A stretch of DNA of 64,000 nucleotides, from assembly GCF_009914755.1 (NCBI RefSeq), contig NC_060930.1; one strand, given 5' to 3'. A model generated the notes under the pieces. That model was not told the DNA's origin. It did not search any database and was given only the letters and a program-made list of their open reading frames with translations. The translations under genes and the position numbers were made by a program. Position 1 is the stretch's first letter; every line of letters begins with the position of its first letter. This stretch comes from the human T2T-CHM13v2.0 reference genome, Homo sapiens. This document shows, in pieces, positions 62,346 to 64,000 of the stretch.

Positions 62346-62975
62346 CACGCTCTTTCCCCTTTTATTTTGTATTCCCCTGCCTCAAAATCATATACATAAA
62401 AGATGAGCTTTTATATCCAAAGTTGCTAAAAGAATGAAATGGGCATGTCCTCTGGATTGAAATTATTCCAACTCACTTAGGGACAGAAACAGCTGCAGGA
62501 AATGGTAGACTTAAATAGTAATTTACCCCTTCCTTCTCATCATCATTAAAATATTGCTTGTGAATTTATAGTTGTGTTTATAGTCCCAGCTATTCAGGCA
62601 GCTTAGGTGAGAGGATTGCTTGAGGCTAAGAGTTTGAAGCTGCAGTAAACTATGATTGTACCTGTTAATAGCCACTGCTCTATAGCCCTAAGCAACATAG
62701 GGAGACCCTGTCTAATAATATTAATATTTGTGTTTAGTAAACATAAACTCATAGACTGTTAGAACTGGCAGTCTAAGTCTTCTTTTATAGACCAGTAATT
62801 CTGAAACTTGGTTGTGCATTAGAATCTCCTGGGACCTTTACAAAATACTGATGTCTGGGAACAGTGCTTGCTATTCTGATTAAATTAGTTTGGAGTGTTG
62901 TCTGGCCATCAGGAATTTTTGTGAAGCTCCAAGGTGATTCTAAGGTACAGTCAAGTTGAGAATGACTGTTATTGA

Positions 62976-63391
<416 letters not shown>

Positions 63392-63689
63392 TACCTTGGG
63401 TAAGTTTCTTTATGGTTCTCCGAGTCACTCTGCACACCACTTGTACTCTGTCTGGGTTTGGAGTTGGACACGGTGAGAGCTGGCATGGTAGAGAACAAGG
63501 ACATATGTGCATGCACACGGGAGTGCTACTGCTTTTTAAGGAGTCACTCCTGGCATATTTAAAATAATTATTTACTTTCAATTAAAATAATAAAAACAAG
63601 GGCTCTTTTAGCCAGGTCGATAAAGGAAAGAGAAGGTTAAGGAAAGGATAATAGAGAACAGCTGTTTTCAATGTATTGCAAAGCCCCTT

Positions 63690-64000
63690 GTATTGAATTA
63701 CCCTGTGTAATGAATTACCACAAACTTAGCGGCATAAAAGAATACCCACATTAGCTCACAGTTTTGTAGGTCAGAAGTCTGGCATGGCATGGCTGGGTTC
63801 TCTGCTCAGGGTTTCATGAGGCTGAAACCCAGATGTTGGCCACATGAGGTTCTTTTCAAAAGGCTCTGAGGAAAAATCCTCTTCCAAGCTCATTCTTACC
63901 ATTGGCAAAAATTCATTCCTTTTGGCTCTAAAACTGAGATCCTGGCTGGCTGGGAGCTGGGAGCTCCTCTGAACTCCTACTGATCACTTGCATTCCTTGC
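63690..64000 (-). mobile_element. MLT1-like MaLR LTR running off the window end
   Basis: AATTACCACAAACTTAGCGGC..CTCACAGTTTTGTAGGTCAGAAGTCTGG. Confidence 0.75.

Noticed and set aside
62154-62348. Poly-Arg/Glu ORF
   Set aside because: Simple (CCT/CTT)n repeat.

Overview
Primate (almost certainly human) repeat-dense genomic DNA; no intact protein-coding exon could be identified with confidence and the long ORFs in the track are Alu, SVA or ERV artefacts. Main contents: many Alus, old L1M/L2 fragments, MER DNA transposons and ERVL/MaLR/ERV1 LTRs; a candidate bidirectional promoter/first-exon region at ~21.3-21.8 kb; a HERV-H provirus (28464-33822) with intact 5-bp target-site duplications (TSDs) but almost no 5' LTR; a young minus-strand SVA (36022-38730) carrying a 131-bp 5' transduction; an ATP5MG (ATP5L) processed pseudogene; and two unusual insertions bounded by direct repeats inside old L1s. 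Repeat family names are recalled from consensus sequences and need RepeatMasker/Dfam confirmation. I see no evidence of a wholly new biological system, but several non-canonical retroelement events are directly visible.
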